From positions 237,366 to 301,365 of the forward strand of contig NMRA01000317.1 of assembly GCA_002633005.1 (NCBI GenBank): DNA of 64,000 nucleotides, read 5' to 3'. The notes beneath the pieces are model-generated. The model had not been told where the DNA came from, did no database searches, and saw only the letters and a list, made by a program, of their open reading frames with translations. The position numbers were made by a program, and so were the translations under genes. This document shows, in pieces, positions 37,301-50,600 of this stretch. Numbering within the stretch: position 1 is the stretch's first letter; the number at the start of each line of letters is the position of its first letter. The stretch comes from Phoronis australis. Lineage: Eukaryota > Animalia > Phoronida.

Positions 37301-40300
37301 ACACGGTTAAGATCTCTAGGGAATGCACAACAAAGTCATGTACTTTGGGATAATACAATATTGCTAAATGAGACTGTTTACGAGTTTAAAAGAAGTTTGG
37401 CTATATTTATAGTTAAAGAGCAGTTATGAGTTACCACCAATAACTGGTTCCCATCCTAAAAGCTCGCAGTTTTGCTATATTGGATGTGTATAAAAACCCT
37501 GCTTTGGGGGATGAAGTTTATAGGAAATTGTACAATGGAGAATTGTCACACAGATTAGATTGGTCAGCAATACAGTAATAATCAAAGGAATTAAATCTGT
37601 TCAACTGGACTATGGTATTTACGGATTAAATGCCTTAATAGACACGGAAGTGGCAGGTTTGCTCAGTCCACTGCTTGGAATGCCACTATAGATCACAGTG
37701 GGAAGCTGCATCAAGTGTCCAGTCATTTCCACCATTCCTCAGGAAGGAAACCAGATGCTGCGGAGGGCTTAAGGATTTTAGAAAGTAACACAGTCCAGCT
37801 CAACAGGTTTAATGTCTTTCATTATGAAGCAACACAGTACCTGAGTGAGCCTGGCATTTGTGCATGATACCACCGATTGATATCAAACAACGCCAAGTGG
37901 CATGTTGTTCGGGCCTGGGGGTCATCTGCCACTGCCTCCCAGGTGAAGGCACACAAACCCAGGTCAGGACCATGGAAGCCTGAAAAACAGAGAGAAGAAA
38001 GTAGGCGTGGGCTATAAACAGTACAGCGAAATATACACCATACAGTAAACACGAGAACGACCATGGAACGCTATGTGACTGAGAGCATTCATTAAACATT
38101 GTGGAAACCATCTTGGTGTACATTCTTTGACGTGCTTGGCTGGTCGAATTTGTTGGCTTACAATGTTCAAAACAAACAAGTCCCAGGTAAAATGAGTTGG
38201 TTTAAACCGGTTTAGCTACAGTTTACAATAATTACAACACGTTTGTTTTAACGCAGTTCAGGTAAACAATATAACATAAATAGCAAGAGAAGTTACATAC
38301 GCGACTACAACCTGTTCAAACAAATGTAATATTGGCACTGGTTCACAATTGACCTATCGCCACGACTTTGAGCGACGGCTTAACTGACCATTTAGAACTC
38401 ATCATTCTTGACACACCAAGCTGCCATTTTATCCGACAAACAACCCATTGCCGAGTAAAACTTATTGTTTGTTAGTTGACATTACGCAAGGGGGCGGAGC
38501 TTACGATAGGTCAATTACCCAGCTGTATTTGAAAGGACAATAAGGTTTACTATAATTGTACAAGTGAGCACTCTTGTTGTGTCACCATTTACCTTCATCA
38601 AAAGAGTCTTCATTTGACAGCCTTTGGGAATGACTGCTGAAGGGGTCTTCAATAGTGAAGCAGGACAACACACGGCTGCAAGCTGTGCCTGGACTGTTGG
38701 TCAGCATGTGGTCAAACCGTTGACCAATGGACATCATGTCCTGAAACAGAGGAGTGTACTCATAAATGGACATGTAGTTAAAGCCCTTTTCCATAAAAAT
38801 GATCCTGTGACATCAGTAAGCTGTAGCAGTTGCACTTGATCACATAATAAAACACACCTGTGGTCACTTCACAACAACTCTCTTGCACAAAATTTTTAAA
38901 AAGTTATACGTAAATCACATCTATGGCAAATATTGAAAGCGACTCATTCCTTTAATGACGCAACAACCTTGTGTAGGAAAGATCTGGAATGCAACAGCTG
39001 TACTATTCACATATACAACTAAAAGTGTAACAGATATTGTACCTACCTCATAATAGACCCCGAACTCTTCCGTCCATGATTTCCTATTGTATACCATTTG
39101 ATAAAGCTGTATAGTGGAAATCCATTCATCCCTACAAGAGACACTGTGGCAATAAGCATAGGGAATAATCAAGTTGACAACAAAACCACTGTCATATGTC
39201 ACACATAGCTGAACAGACCAAATGTGACCCACCACGACAAAATGAGTCTTAAGTCGGAAACTCTATTTGCTGACAAGACTGCAAACAGTCGCTATCGGTT
39301 AAAATTAGGTCAAATTTTTTTATTGCAGATTATGATTATTTATTCATTCTACTTCACAAAACAATACTTTAANAGGTAAGATTAACCGCCCAGGGCGGTT
39401 GCCTGTCGTAATAAGCGCCCATGTTCAGTTAACCGCCCCTCCCCCCCGATTTCTTGAAATTTCACGTTTAAGCGCCCATGTCTGGTTAACCGCCCACCCC
39501 CGATTTTTTGGGTTCGCCAATTTAACCGCCCAGGGCGTTAACCCGAACGATTACAATACATAAATTACATCTATGGCAAATGTTGAAAGCGACTTATTCC
39601 TTTAATGATGCAACAACCTTGTGTAGGAAAGATCTGGAATGCAACAGCAGTACTATTCACATATACAACTAAAAGTATAACAGATATTGTAGCTACCTCA
39701 TAATAGACCCCGAACTCTTCCGTCCATGACTTCCTATTGTATACCATTTGATAAAGCTGTATAGTGGAAATCCATTCATCCCTACAAGAGACACTGTGGC
39801 GATAAGCATAGGGAATAATCAAGTTGACAACAAAACCACTGTCATATGTCACACATAGCTGAACAGACCAAATAGACGTCATGTAAATAGTGCAATCCTC
39901 TCAGTGGTGGAGCCAAAGCATGCCTGGTGCGTTGCAAAAGGCATTAGATCACCTGCTACTATATAAAAATACTTATTAGATATGCCTGCTAATACCCATT
40001 CTTTGAATGTCTAAAACACGGTACAGTCATTTTTGGCTTGGGCGACATCGCATTTCAAGCACCTCTGGATGGTTACACATATGTATAACAGTTACCACTC
40101 GACGGTAAGACCACACAACAATGAAAGCAATGTTCTTGCGTTTTGCTGCACCTCTACCAACACACAACTTACAAAGGGTCCGAGGGGAGTGGGCCCCGGG
40201 CTACCCACAAGTAGCAGAAACTCCTGGGGTCATTTTCGGGCTCCTGATACGCCATGTGAGTAACTGGGGCCATGTCCGGGTCGCATCGACTGCTGTAGCT

Positions 40301-43300
40301 AGAAACACATAACACACTTGATGAACAACCAAAAAATTGAATTACACCTCTGGTGTTCAACTCTCTACGCTACCTTGATCTGTAATACATGCAACATAAC
40401 ACAGAATACACAAAAGATAATAAAACGGAAAATGTCACAACTAAACTGCGATAGCGCAATACGTCCAATTGTTTTGATTAGATTGTTTTAATGCAAAATT
40501 ATTTGAAACTTTTTATCATTTGTGAACATACATTCGACAAACATGTGATTACCTGTGGTATGAGCCCCTCACAAATACAAAACCAGCAAAATGTTTTGTA
40601 TTTCATAAATTACAATTCTGTCCAACAAACACACTGGCCGCAGCTAACACCTCAAATACATACTCTATAGCGGGTGCTGAAAGCCTCCAGAGCTGAAAAC
40701 AGCCAAAGTTGAAGCCGACGGCCAGAGTACCAGCTTGTTTAACATACTTCAGACACGTAATGGACACATCATCTGGAACACAAACAGAAATTTAAACGAC
40801 TTGTAATTATCGGATCACGTGATGTAACCATGTTCACTTTAATGAAGTACCTCATATATCAGGGCTTGGAATGACCAAGGACAAAAAACGCGGAAACTTT
40901 GAAACTTTTACGGCCCAAATCATGCGCGCTACCCAGCCTTGAAATGGTCGATGTGAACCTTTCCCCGACAAAAATCGGGAGAACTAAAAAAAAAAAAAAA
41001 ACGTTACCACCATCAGTAGCATGCGTCTGCTACCTTTTAGCTTGCCCGTCCGCTCCCAACCCACACATTTCTGGCAGCAGAGCCGTAGTATTTGTTGTCG
41101 CGGTTTACAATATCACGAGACGCCACTGAAAATTCCACCACGCTATCCCAGATGCCCCGCCAATGTTGACAATTTACGTTCCTCCGAAACATAAAGAGCA
41201 ACTTCCGCTTTTCGAGATGAACGCCGTCTGCAACGCCGTGGTAAGAAAGGAATTTGCCGCGGAAATTTTATATCAAATCTGATTTTTTTTACATGGAAAT
41301 ATTATAAAATACGCGGACAGAACATTTGAAAAAAGCGGAAATCCGCGTTTCCGCGGAAAATTCCAAGCCCTGATATATGTAAACAATTTTGTTCAGAATA
41401 ATTTCAATATCAATATGATTCGAATTAAGCCAACACACAATTCTAATCGACATTACAAACAGCACAAGTTAACTGACATTCAAGATTAAGCAAGACCACC
41501 AGCCCATTTGATGCTGGGTTGCTCCCTGATTTTTCCTCAGGCAGACCAGGGACCAATATTAGTGAAGAGGTGCTGTCATGGAAACTTGGTAAGACTCTGC
41601 CAAGGTTCTACTGAACAAATAGTTCAAGACAGGAAATCCAACTTGCAATCTCTTGGTTGAGAGGTAAGAACTTCCCAACTCGGACACTAACCTTCATTAT
41701 TATGGCACAGAGAGACCTTCCTGTGTATCGTGCCGTTGAACCCAAAACCGACACAGGTTTTCCACAACTAACGCATAGAATAAGAACAACAAGGGCAAAC
41801 AGTGAAGTATTAGCAGAATGGCTTACCAACATCAAAACTTTTTATCACAGAGTTGTCAGGTTTACGGTACAGAAAGGTGCCTCTTCGGTGACAGTCATCT
41901 GTGAAACAAATTATGAACCAATGAGTGAACATGCCACAAAGCAAATAAACACAACACTGCCCAGAGGAGACAGTGTGGCTCTATGGAGGATGCAGTGTGG
42001 CCCAGAGGAGACAGCCTGGTCCAGTGGGGATAAGTGTTCGCTTCCGTTACATAGTACTGAAGAGGGTCTATTGATATATATTACTCATTAATAATGCAAT
42101 CTCGTAAGTGCATACAAACTTAAAAATTCTAAGTCCAAAGTATGAAAAACTACCGTATTCCTACACCTGATAAACATTTGAAACCACTCAACTTACCATC
42201 AAATTGAAAACAAAGGTGTTCGCCTCTTCTCAGCGCTTCATCTCTCTTGCGCAGGACATCTTGCGTTAAAGGATTAATGAAGCAAAGGCGAGTGGGCGTT
42301 GTCTCGTCAGATGTCAGATGGTCACCGTCTAAACATGCATCTGGAAATGGAACAGTCAATATCTCGTTCACAGATCTTTTCCATGTTGTGGTCTCCCCAA
42401 CACTTCACCAGAGCTTAACTGAACTGAATCTTGAGATGTTGAATATAAAACACATCTTAGTTTTCATGTTAGCTGCTCTTATCCAGATCCTGATTACCTA
42501 AACCTAAACTGACATAGTATGTGTGTTATGTTGTTGCTTTCCAACTCACTGAGCAAACACTAGGACTGGCTGAACTCAGACTGTGATGATCCCGGGTGAA
42601 ATGTACTGCAGAAACAACACAGTTATGCCCACTACTCAATTTCACGCACACTGCACACTATATAAGGGCCAGGGGAGCACTGATTGACACTAAAATGTCT
42701 CTACCACAAGACGGGTTTGTATTTTTTAAACACTAACTTTGCAAAGGTGACTTTCCTCTTAAACAAAATTGCTGATAAAAAAGACAAGATTAAAAACCAA
42801 TACACAATGATTCGATTGCAATGCAAAGTTCATACATATTACAACAGTTCATTGACAGTCACAGGCAGAAAGAATCCATATCTCCGCAATCAAGTAAGTG
42901 TATTTTGGCTATCGTGAAAGAAAAAGACTTTTAACTATATCGACTGCGTGAGCAAAATTACCTGAACAAATTGGTTGTTAACGTACTTTAGGCAAGGCCC
43001 TAGATACAAATAAAAGTATATATGCAGACAGTACCTATGATGTAGATGCGGCCTCCCTGAGTACCCACAGCTATTATACCACAGAACCGTCTCAAGTGAT
43101 CACACATGGTGTGAACGGGGGCATGGTATGACATCACGCTGTGGATGGTCTCCAAGGCAGTAATCTGAAACAAAAAGAGCACTTGAGCAGTTGAAAGCTA
43201 AAATTAGTCGATATAGGGATAAATCAATTTGTTGATCGGATCTGTTTAAAACTACCGAATATTAATTTTCATTCAATATCCAATTTGAATAATTTAAACA

Positions 43301-44128
43301 TCGCAATAATTATTAACACGTTCATGTTGTACTGTTAATGAGCTATGAGATATACTTATTGTATTTGCCCCATTCTCATTCACTGTTCTATGTGCTAGAA
43401 CACCTTCCATCATATTTAACCATGTATACGTAACACGTCCACAGAAACTTATCCATACTAAACATTACCACTAACACCATACATTGTGCAAGAATCACCT
43501 TCTGTGCCTGTGAAACTTCTATGGCTTGGATCACCTTGGATGAACACACGTCGAAAACACACAGGAGCCCGGCACACGAGGCTAGTTCAACAGCCACGAC
43601 CAGCCGGACACTGTTCTCGTACTTGAACTGACACACACAGGTGATTGTGGCTGTCTCGTCGTTCACAGCCACACCAAAGTTCCAGGCGGCTATACGCTCC
43701 CCAGTGGTTGTATTGACCACCTCCAGGGCACCCCCTCGGGCCAGCCAGCCAATACGACAACCTGTGTAAGATCAAAGAGAACATTACTGATCTAGGGTCT
43801 GACATACAATCTGTAACAGTGGACTATCCACAAACTCTAATCCATTGGTTCTTTACCTATTTCGAACCTGCTTTAAATATTCAAGTGATATCTAGCAGAA
43901 GCAAATAAAGTCTCTTTTCAAGTACTACACAGTCATGCCATCTAGTGGCTGTAATGTTAAGCGTTAAATCTAATTGATAAAATTCCCAATTCCTCTACCT
44001 TCACAGACACCACCAAGTATGTTGTTCTCATTTTCGCCACCAATTCGCCTCTCCAGGCAATCCACCGATGCTGATGAATATGATATCAAGCGTGAGGTAG
44101 CACTAGCAGGTATTTCATGGGGCTTCAT
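19337..44128 (-). CDS. AHCTF1: Nucleoporin ELYS / MEL-28, about 33 coding exons. Examples: 44128-43999, 43761-43499, 43164-43035, 42340-42197, 41898-41827, 40772-40664, 40298-40173, 39781-39697 (or 39131-39047), 38740-38593, 37979-37841, 37284-37100, 36587-36397, 35938-35848, 35011-34922, 30238-30057, 25071-24422, 23730-23659, 23182-23066, 22482-21291, 20156-19952, 19529-19337
   Basis: Beta-propeller motifs WLARGGALEVVNTTTGERIAAWNF, YQEPENDPRSFCYLWVARG and LFDINRWYHAQMP; helical ELYS-domain motifs YPPPGL, VQGFWLLDHKDFE and LVMHYLQRARYVDA; long acidic then S/T/R/K-rich disordered tail ending KKKRSAKLY*. Splice phases were checked for most of the listed exons; the middle exons (about 26-34 kb) were not all resolved to the base. 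Confidence 0.93.
25604..25923. repeat. 29-bp minisatellite, about 11 copies (A[C/T]AGTGTATTGCAGCACAGTGCATACAGG), in an ELYS intron
   Basis: Period of 29 visible directly (25621 to 25650); accounts for the periodic Cys-rich ORFs at 25465-25958. Confidence 0.95.
29848..30144 (-). repeat. 102-bp tandem triplication of the 3' end plus donor site of an ELYS exon
   Basis: The unit encoding KEILVMHYLQRA[R/K]YVDA[I/V]RCNEQLKGHLV followed by GTGAGTATTGGT recurs, with exon ends at 30057, 29955 and 29860. The third copy has a 7-nt deletion and a stop. Confidence 0.92.
38347..38516. mobile_element. MITE with AATTGACCTATCG terminal inverted repeats (copy 1)
   Basis: AATTGACCTATCG...CGATAGGTCAATT; a second copy lies in the opposite orientation at 56465-56643. 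Confidence 0.85.
38912..39872 (-). repeat. ~310-bp direct duplication (38912-39222 and 39562-39872) containing an 85-nt ELYS exon; copies separated by an N and a partial MITE
   Basis: Near-identical copies offset by 650 bp, both encoding DEWISTIQLYQMVYNRKSWTEEFGVYYE; single N at 39373. Confidence 0.92.
39374..39557. mobile_element. Partial MITE end with repeated TTAACCGCCC / TAAGCGCCC motifs
   Basis: Several TTAACCGCCCAGGGCG and TAAGCGCCCATG subterminal repeats; truncated at the N. Confidence 0.6.
40860..41372. mobile_element. hAT-like MITE, 513 bp
   Basis: Perfect TIR CAGGGCTTGGAAT...ATTCCAAGCCCTG, flanked by ATATAT on both sides; CGCGGAAA subterminal motifs. Confidence 0.85.
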
Positions 44129-44349
44129 TACTGAAATTATAATCACAGTCTATAACATAATGTACATATTTTTGTGCTAGGCTGTTACCTAGACCATAGT
44201 TTCCTTTTCACGTAATAATCTTCAATACAATATTGGGGAGGAACTATGTTTCACAGTAACATAGTTCGTTTTCTTCAACAGTTCAAGCACTCATTGGCAC
44301 ACAAATGTAATGCTGCATATAAACTCCAATCTATTTAACCAGTCTGTAA

Positions 44350-44852
44350 CAGGCCTTTATGCAACCTAGGTCCTGGGCGTCCAAATGGACGGCGTCCAAA
44401 TGGACGCCCTAGCACTAATTTGGACGCCATGGCAAGGATGCCCAATGCATCATTTGGACGACCACTGTCAATAGGAACCTCTCAAGTTTGGAGTCACACA
44501 TTGTAATGAATACTAGGAAGCCTCTGAATGCTCACAGTGGGGGCTCTTTTTTCAAAGCAGGAAGAAATATACAATGTGTACAAAGCATATGCATTGTTGC
44601 TATTTTGACACTTGATTGACAGCATTGTAAAAGTCTTGGTCTACAGTTTTTTTAGTAAAAATGCTCACCATAGAAGGCTGTTTTATAAACTTAGATGTAA
44701 AAACCTTGATCTATGCATTTTTTTGTAAAAAAATCTGTGTGTTTTAGGGTATTGCTGGGGGTGGGGGGTTACGCGTCGGAATCATTGACGCCCTGGAATA
44801 GTGGGAACCCCATTTTGGACACCCTATTTTCAAAATCCTGGATAAAGGCCTA
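44350..44852. mobile_element. hAT-family MITE with 8-bp TSD
   Basis: TIR CAGGCCTTTAT...ATAAAGGCCTA, TSD GTCTGTAA on both sides, repeated TGGACG subterminal motifs. Confidence 0.9.
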
Positions 44853-46424
44853 GTCTGTAACAGATTCCACTAACAGACACATACAAAGTACACCTGTGGG
44901 TGATACCTTCTCCCGATTAAATGTTGTTCAAAACACTTTAACTGTGTACAAAGTAACACACTATTCCACTTCAAGATCTTTAATCTCAGACAAAAGAAAC
45001 AATAGCATTATTTTCTGTATCCGAACACCCAGGAAATTTTAATGAATCATAATAAATGTGGAAATTCCAGCTCACTACTTTTCTGAACATTGGACCATAT
45101 GGACGACTTCAAAACAAATGAAAAAGGTAATCCCAAGGTGTCTTAATATGCTCAACTGGCGAGGACTATACTGTTAGCTGAACCTAAGAATCCCATAGAT
45201 ATTCCATATTATTCACAACCATTCTAATCACTGGAAAGTACTTATCCTGACTTCAACCCTTCTGTCTAAAGTTGGCCTATACAATGAGACTTCCAAGATT
45301 ATAACATGATTTGCTGTTGTCAACAAATGTAAATCCTGAGGGCTTCAGTTCTAGTGAGTTTTAAACGCAGTATCTTTAAATTACAATTTTACATTTTTAT
45401 ACTTATTAATGTTATCATATAATTCACAAAGCTCCAACAAATTCACGAAGTTCAAAGAAACTTTTCATTTCTAAGAGCACCTAACGTCACAAAATTGGTC
45501 CGACTAAAGTGAAATTAGGTTTGATTTCTGGGCTTGGAAATGACTGACACTTTATTAAAGTGGTTCTCAACAGGCTCAACAAGCTGGATCATTTTGTGCA
45601 CAGAGCATGGTCAAGAATTGATCAACTGTCAGTTCTTTCCATCACACAGTTCCCATACGAGTAAGAAACAAGCCGTTTTACATAGGAATATAGTGTTTCA
45701 AAATGAGTTTCCTTGATGGAAAGCAAGTTTAAAGCAGAGCCAAGTACACAGGTCAATCAGAGTGCACATCTGAAGACTAGAGTCCAATGCGTAAAATCAT
45801 TAAGCACACTCAAATAATGAAGTGATTATTTCTCAGCTTTTTATGTTGATCCACGTCTCCATTGTAAAATCCCCATCCAAAAATTTCAAGGGTTGTCTGC
45901 TGAGTGACCAATAAAAACAACTGGGCAGCACAATATTCTGGAACACTAACAGACTCCACAAGTTGACTAGACCGTGCCACATCTTAATATGACGTGAATG
46001 TCGCTAAATTTTCTTAAAATTATGGTTCACCTGGGCTAAATCACAAAAGGGACAGGGATATTCATGGACTGTGTGCTCAAGATAAAACAGAAATGTTCGG
46101 AGGGATGGGGGAAATCCCCCATCTGCAAACCACGCCAAGAGGAAGCAGCAAAGACGGGAGACATGTCTAGGCGTTATTTTGCACGACTCCGAGAGCTTCA
46201 CAATAAACAAGATTTGGTGAGAACTGACTTGCATGTGAAAAATCAATAAAATTGACATCAATGCCCCAAAAGTCCCTTTGGAGTGGGGAGGGGCTCGATT
46301 ATGTGAAACAGTTTCATCGACTGAATAATTTAGTGGTTGGCCGATTCTCAAAATGAGAGACTGGAATGCATGTAGGCAAGAAAGTGAATAGACAGTGACC
46401 ATAATCTCTACTGGCTCCGCAGTA

Positions 46425-46945
46425 GTGAATGTGAAGCTTCTATAGGCACTTCAAATGCCGGAAGATTTCCGGCGAATTATGCCTCGCACTGTTTAAAACA
46501 TCAATGCTACGTTGTTATAAATACCTTTTGTGCATATATGAACACCTTAGGAGGCCGTCGATGTATTTAATTCCTTCCAACTTGAACAAATACTCCCGTT
46601 ATCAAACTTTTTCTTCGAGCAGTCCCTCGTTCAGTTCCCAAAATCGGTAACTAACCATTTTTGACACTGCGTGCCAAGAGATATGACGTCATACCACCTG
46701 GTGTGCACAGAGTTAAAAATGGTGAGTTACCGATTTTGGGAGCTGAACGAGGGATTGCTCGAAGAAAAAGTTTGATAACGGGAGTATTTGTTCGAGTTGA
46801 ATGGAATTACTTACATCAACGGCCTCCTAAGGTGTCCCTTTGTGAGCAAAAGGTATTTATAACAACGTGACGTTTTAGTCAGTGCAAGGCATAATTCAAC
46901 GAAAAACTTCCGGTATAAGAAGCGCTTCTAGGAGCTCCACCGTCC
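46425..46945. repeat. Long imperfect palindrome (foldback element) centred on TATGACGTCATA
   Basis: Arms are reverse complements, e.g. GAACAAATACTCCCGTTATCAAACTTTTTCTTCGAGCA and TGCTCGAAGAAAAAGTTTGATAACGGGAGTATTTGTTC; centre at 46687/46688. Confidence 0.93.
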
Positions 46946-47199
46946 TATGTGTCAGTAGGACGGTGGTCACTGTCTAGCACTAGCAGGTGAATTGACACAT
47001 GTCACAGCACTACACCAACACTCCCAACAGGCAATTTGGTAATAAGTTAATGAGTTTTTAAGCAGTCTCCTGGTCTCAACAAAAACAGTGTCGATGTCAA
47101 TTCCTAAGTGAAAGGGGTTTGACAAACTAGTGGCATTCACTAGTTGCACGAAGAAGTAAGTTAACTCTACCGGTTCAGACACACGGAACACACGCGTTT

Positions 47200-47640
47200 G
47201 CAAAATTTATGATCGTCAAACACGCCGAAACAGTCACTCCAATATCAAATACATGTTCGCACAGGATACGAAAAAATCTTTGTCACACGTAGCAAGGGAA
47301 ATCAAAGAATACTATACCTACTTTCAAATAAAATTGTGCAGCTGAGTGACTGAAAACAGCTTAAATCTCAAGCCACTTTCGGCCCACTCACGTCTTTTGA
47401 AACATGGCGGCTTTCAAGAGGAGTTAGCTGTGAACATCACCGATAGCAAAGTATTGCGTTCTTAACGTTCATTTTTGAAGTTATATCAAACATGATACTC
47501 ACAGCGACAAATATATATTAAAAAAATAGGCATTTTACACAAAGGAAATTTCTTATTGGGTTAAGCAAACCGAAATATATTTTAACTTACATAAAGTTCG
47601 AAACTATATGCATGCTATTGATTTTATCTTTAGACCGATA
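47200..47640. promoter_or_regulatory. Probable divergent promoter and non-coding first exons for ELYS (minus) and GTF2H2 (plus)
   Basis: Both start-codon exons are preceded by acceptors (TTTCAG at 44131; TTTAG ending at 47633). YY1-like AACATGGCGG at 47401; candidate minus-strand donors near 47320 and 47390. Confidence 0.5.
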
Positions 47641-50600
47641 ATGGCAGACGAAGAGCCTGAGAAGGGCTACACGTGGGAGACTGAATATGAAAGAACATGG
47701 TGAGCTTGCAGCGTTTTAAAGTCAGCAGTGTAAAATTAACATTGTTATGTATGTATAAATCTCATTTAAATAGTCCTGTACGCCATGGATTGTTCGACAT
47801 ATAATTACTTTCGTGACCTGTCACAGACACAGTCACGCAGTCGTTCAGGGGTTCACTGACTGGTCGGATGCAACCGCGGTTCCTGATTTAGAGAACCAGG
47901 CAATCACTGAATAATGGGTCCTTTGTTCGGCGGATGAAACTGATTCTCTAAATCAGAGGCCACTACATTCAACCAGCTCTTCATTCATCATGTTCACCAC
48001 TCACCAGTCGTCAATAGCATTGCGTGGTCTATCCGGGAAGTGCAAAGCCTATACAGTACATTGGGCAGTTACATCGCCCTAGACGCTGCAGTCACACAGG
48101 GAGGATAGTACATCTCCACAAAAAGTTACGAATTTCAAAATATAGGAAATCAAATCTAATGAAACATTCACGTACCACAAGTCTGGACTGGAGACGATCC
48201 AGTCAAGATAATTTGAACTAATCCATGAAAATCTGTTGCGGTTTGCTAGAGTTTCTCTTACCGGGTGCCATTTTGAGGAAGTTTTGTGAAATCACGCATT
48301 TTGACGATTAAAAAGTCCCAGGGACACAAATCTCACCTGATAAATTCCCATGCTATTTTGCAAATGTTACGTGCCAGTGTCACACGCTTCGCAAGTCTCG
48401 CCCTAGCCTTTGCCCTACTCAAGTGACTCAGTTGAAATACTTTGTGGTTATCGCGCGCGTAGTGAAAAAGTTAACGGTGACCAAAAAATTGGAGTTGGAA
48501 TTCTTCAACAAAGTCACCTTAATTCTCGTAACTATGCTTCACCGAAGATATGTATAGAAGTAGAAAGGACCAATGAAGAAAGTAAGCGCTTTTTTAAGTG
48601 ACAATTTTAAGTGTGGAATATATTTTTGACAAGGTGAAAACTCAAAATCGGTTGCCGGACTTGGCCTACTGCTTATTTAAAATACATGGAATGAAATGCG
48701 TACAGAAAGCGATGGGAAGTATTGTAGTCCCTAACCGGCCAACCGAGGGGCTACGTGTTGCCTAACAGTACATTAGCGTAGAGGGACATGCTGCTGCCCA
48801 AACTGTTGTCTGCACCAAACTGATTTGGCGCGCTTCACTTTGGTGTGGGTTGGTGAGCCAAACTGACACCTCCGCCAAACTAAAGCTGTCGTAAGTTCCT
48901 AAATACATGCTTGTGGTTAATGGCAATAATGGGTTTTTTAATGGTTGTGAGAGCTGAAATTGACGACAATAAGTGCTCAAGTATGCAGGTCATTACGATT
49001 AATCACATCGGGGAAAGTGTCCTGAGAAACTATGTACCCTGCCCTCATTGTCGTTAATTTCGGTTCTGATAATCCTTGTAAAACCCATAAACCACTGTCC
49101 ATAATTTGAGAACGATAGCTACAAATTGGCACAGGCATCAGTTTGGGCTGCAACATACACACATCCCAATACTCATAGAAAAATCCACGGGAGATTCGAA
49201 CAGGGTATCTTCAGCATGTGAGCCAAACGTCCAAACCGTTTGACCAAAAGGCAACTATATTACCAAGCGATTTAGGGAAGCTTTAAGCCTTTGTATGACT
49301 ATATCACCTGTCACACGTGTAACTGGAAATTCACAACACTGCCTACACGGCAAATTACCCTGCACCCTGGATAAACCATAAAGGTCATCATTTTTGATCA
49401 GGGGCCCACCTCTCTGACTATTATCATGTCAAGTTGCTTTAAGTACATTTTGGCTTTATTGGCAATTGACCTTAAAGTGGTAATAAACCAGTGTTCCGCT
49501 TAGCGTAACGTCAATTCGCCAAATGTGACCAGGCAAAATTCGAAGGTCGCCAAATGGTAAATGAGCTTGCAAAAACAAGGAAACCTTGTATGTGTTCGTA
49601 CGGAAATCCTGACCTTCACAAATTTGAAAAAGCAGGATACTGGAATTATGCCAAAGTGTAAAGGACAATCAGAAACGCCAAGAGGTTATTGTATTTTTGT
49701 GTTTTTTGTTTTTTCTTAGTCGAATAGGGAATAAATTGTGTACTAGGCTTTCAATAAATTACGCCTCACCCTGGCGAAAACACCAAAGTAATGTTGCTAT
49801 TAATATCTTTTGAGCATAGAGGGTAACCTTTGCTTTGTTCTCCACAACAGGAAATTAAAACTTGACTCTAATTAAAAAATCCATGAACATGTCAAAAGTC
49901 CAAGTCCATAGTGTTGGGAGTCAAGTGAAGTCTTGGATTAAATGCATTGCACTGGTACCAAAAGTCCAAAATACTCTAATTTGAGACGTCTGATCTCCCA
50001 ATACTTCAAACTCGATGCTCGTAAGCCAAACTCGTCTCAGTGACAAATCAAAACAGGAGAACACTGCTTTTTAGGCTGTCGATGTTTGTAGTCCAACTTG
50101 GTGAGTACCAACTTGTGAAATGTCTTCCCAGCCTCAGCCTTACTCACTAAATGCAATTTCCAATTTTGTTGTCAGTTCAATGTGGCATTAACCACGCAAG
50201 TATGAATTATAGGGAAGCTTTGGAAGAAGACGCGTCAGGGTCGCTCCAAGCCAGTGTGGACGAAATTGTGCACAGAGCCAAGAAAAGGAGACTGCTGGAG
50301 AAACGGACCAACGTCCGCCTGGGCATGGTAACTGTTGCTACGGAAACTAAGGACATTTGTGTAGCGTAGCCTTAGTTGTTAATAGAAGGTCGTTCAAAGA
50401 AATGTGTGCAATGCATCTTGTCAATCATGGCTGACTATTGTTAACAGCTCTGCCAACTTTCATGGAAAAACACTGTTTGTAGCTTAAAATATGTGAATTT
50501 TGTTAGTCACATTTGCTGCTTCTAGCTAGTACTTGCTCGCTTTATTTGAAGTTAATTTTTTCAGATACGTAGCCATTGTTGGTGGTAAGCTTTGAATGCT

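Noticed and set aside
41657-42091. 144-aa plus-strand ORF
   Set aside because: Antisense to an ELYS exon and introns, starts at TTG, and has no recognisable homology.
42550-42605. 56-nt candidate ELYS exon with CAG and GTGAGT boundaries
   Set aside because: It breaks the frame; exon 43035 joins 42340 directly in phase with ELYS-like sequence. No further support.
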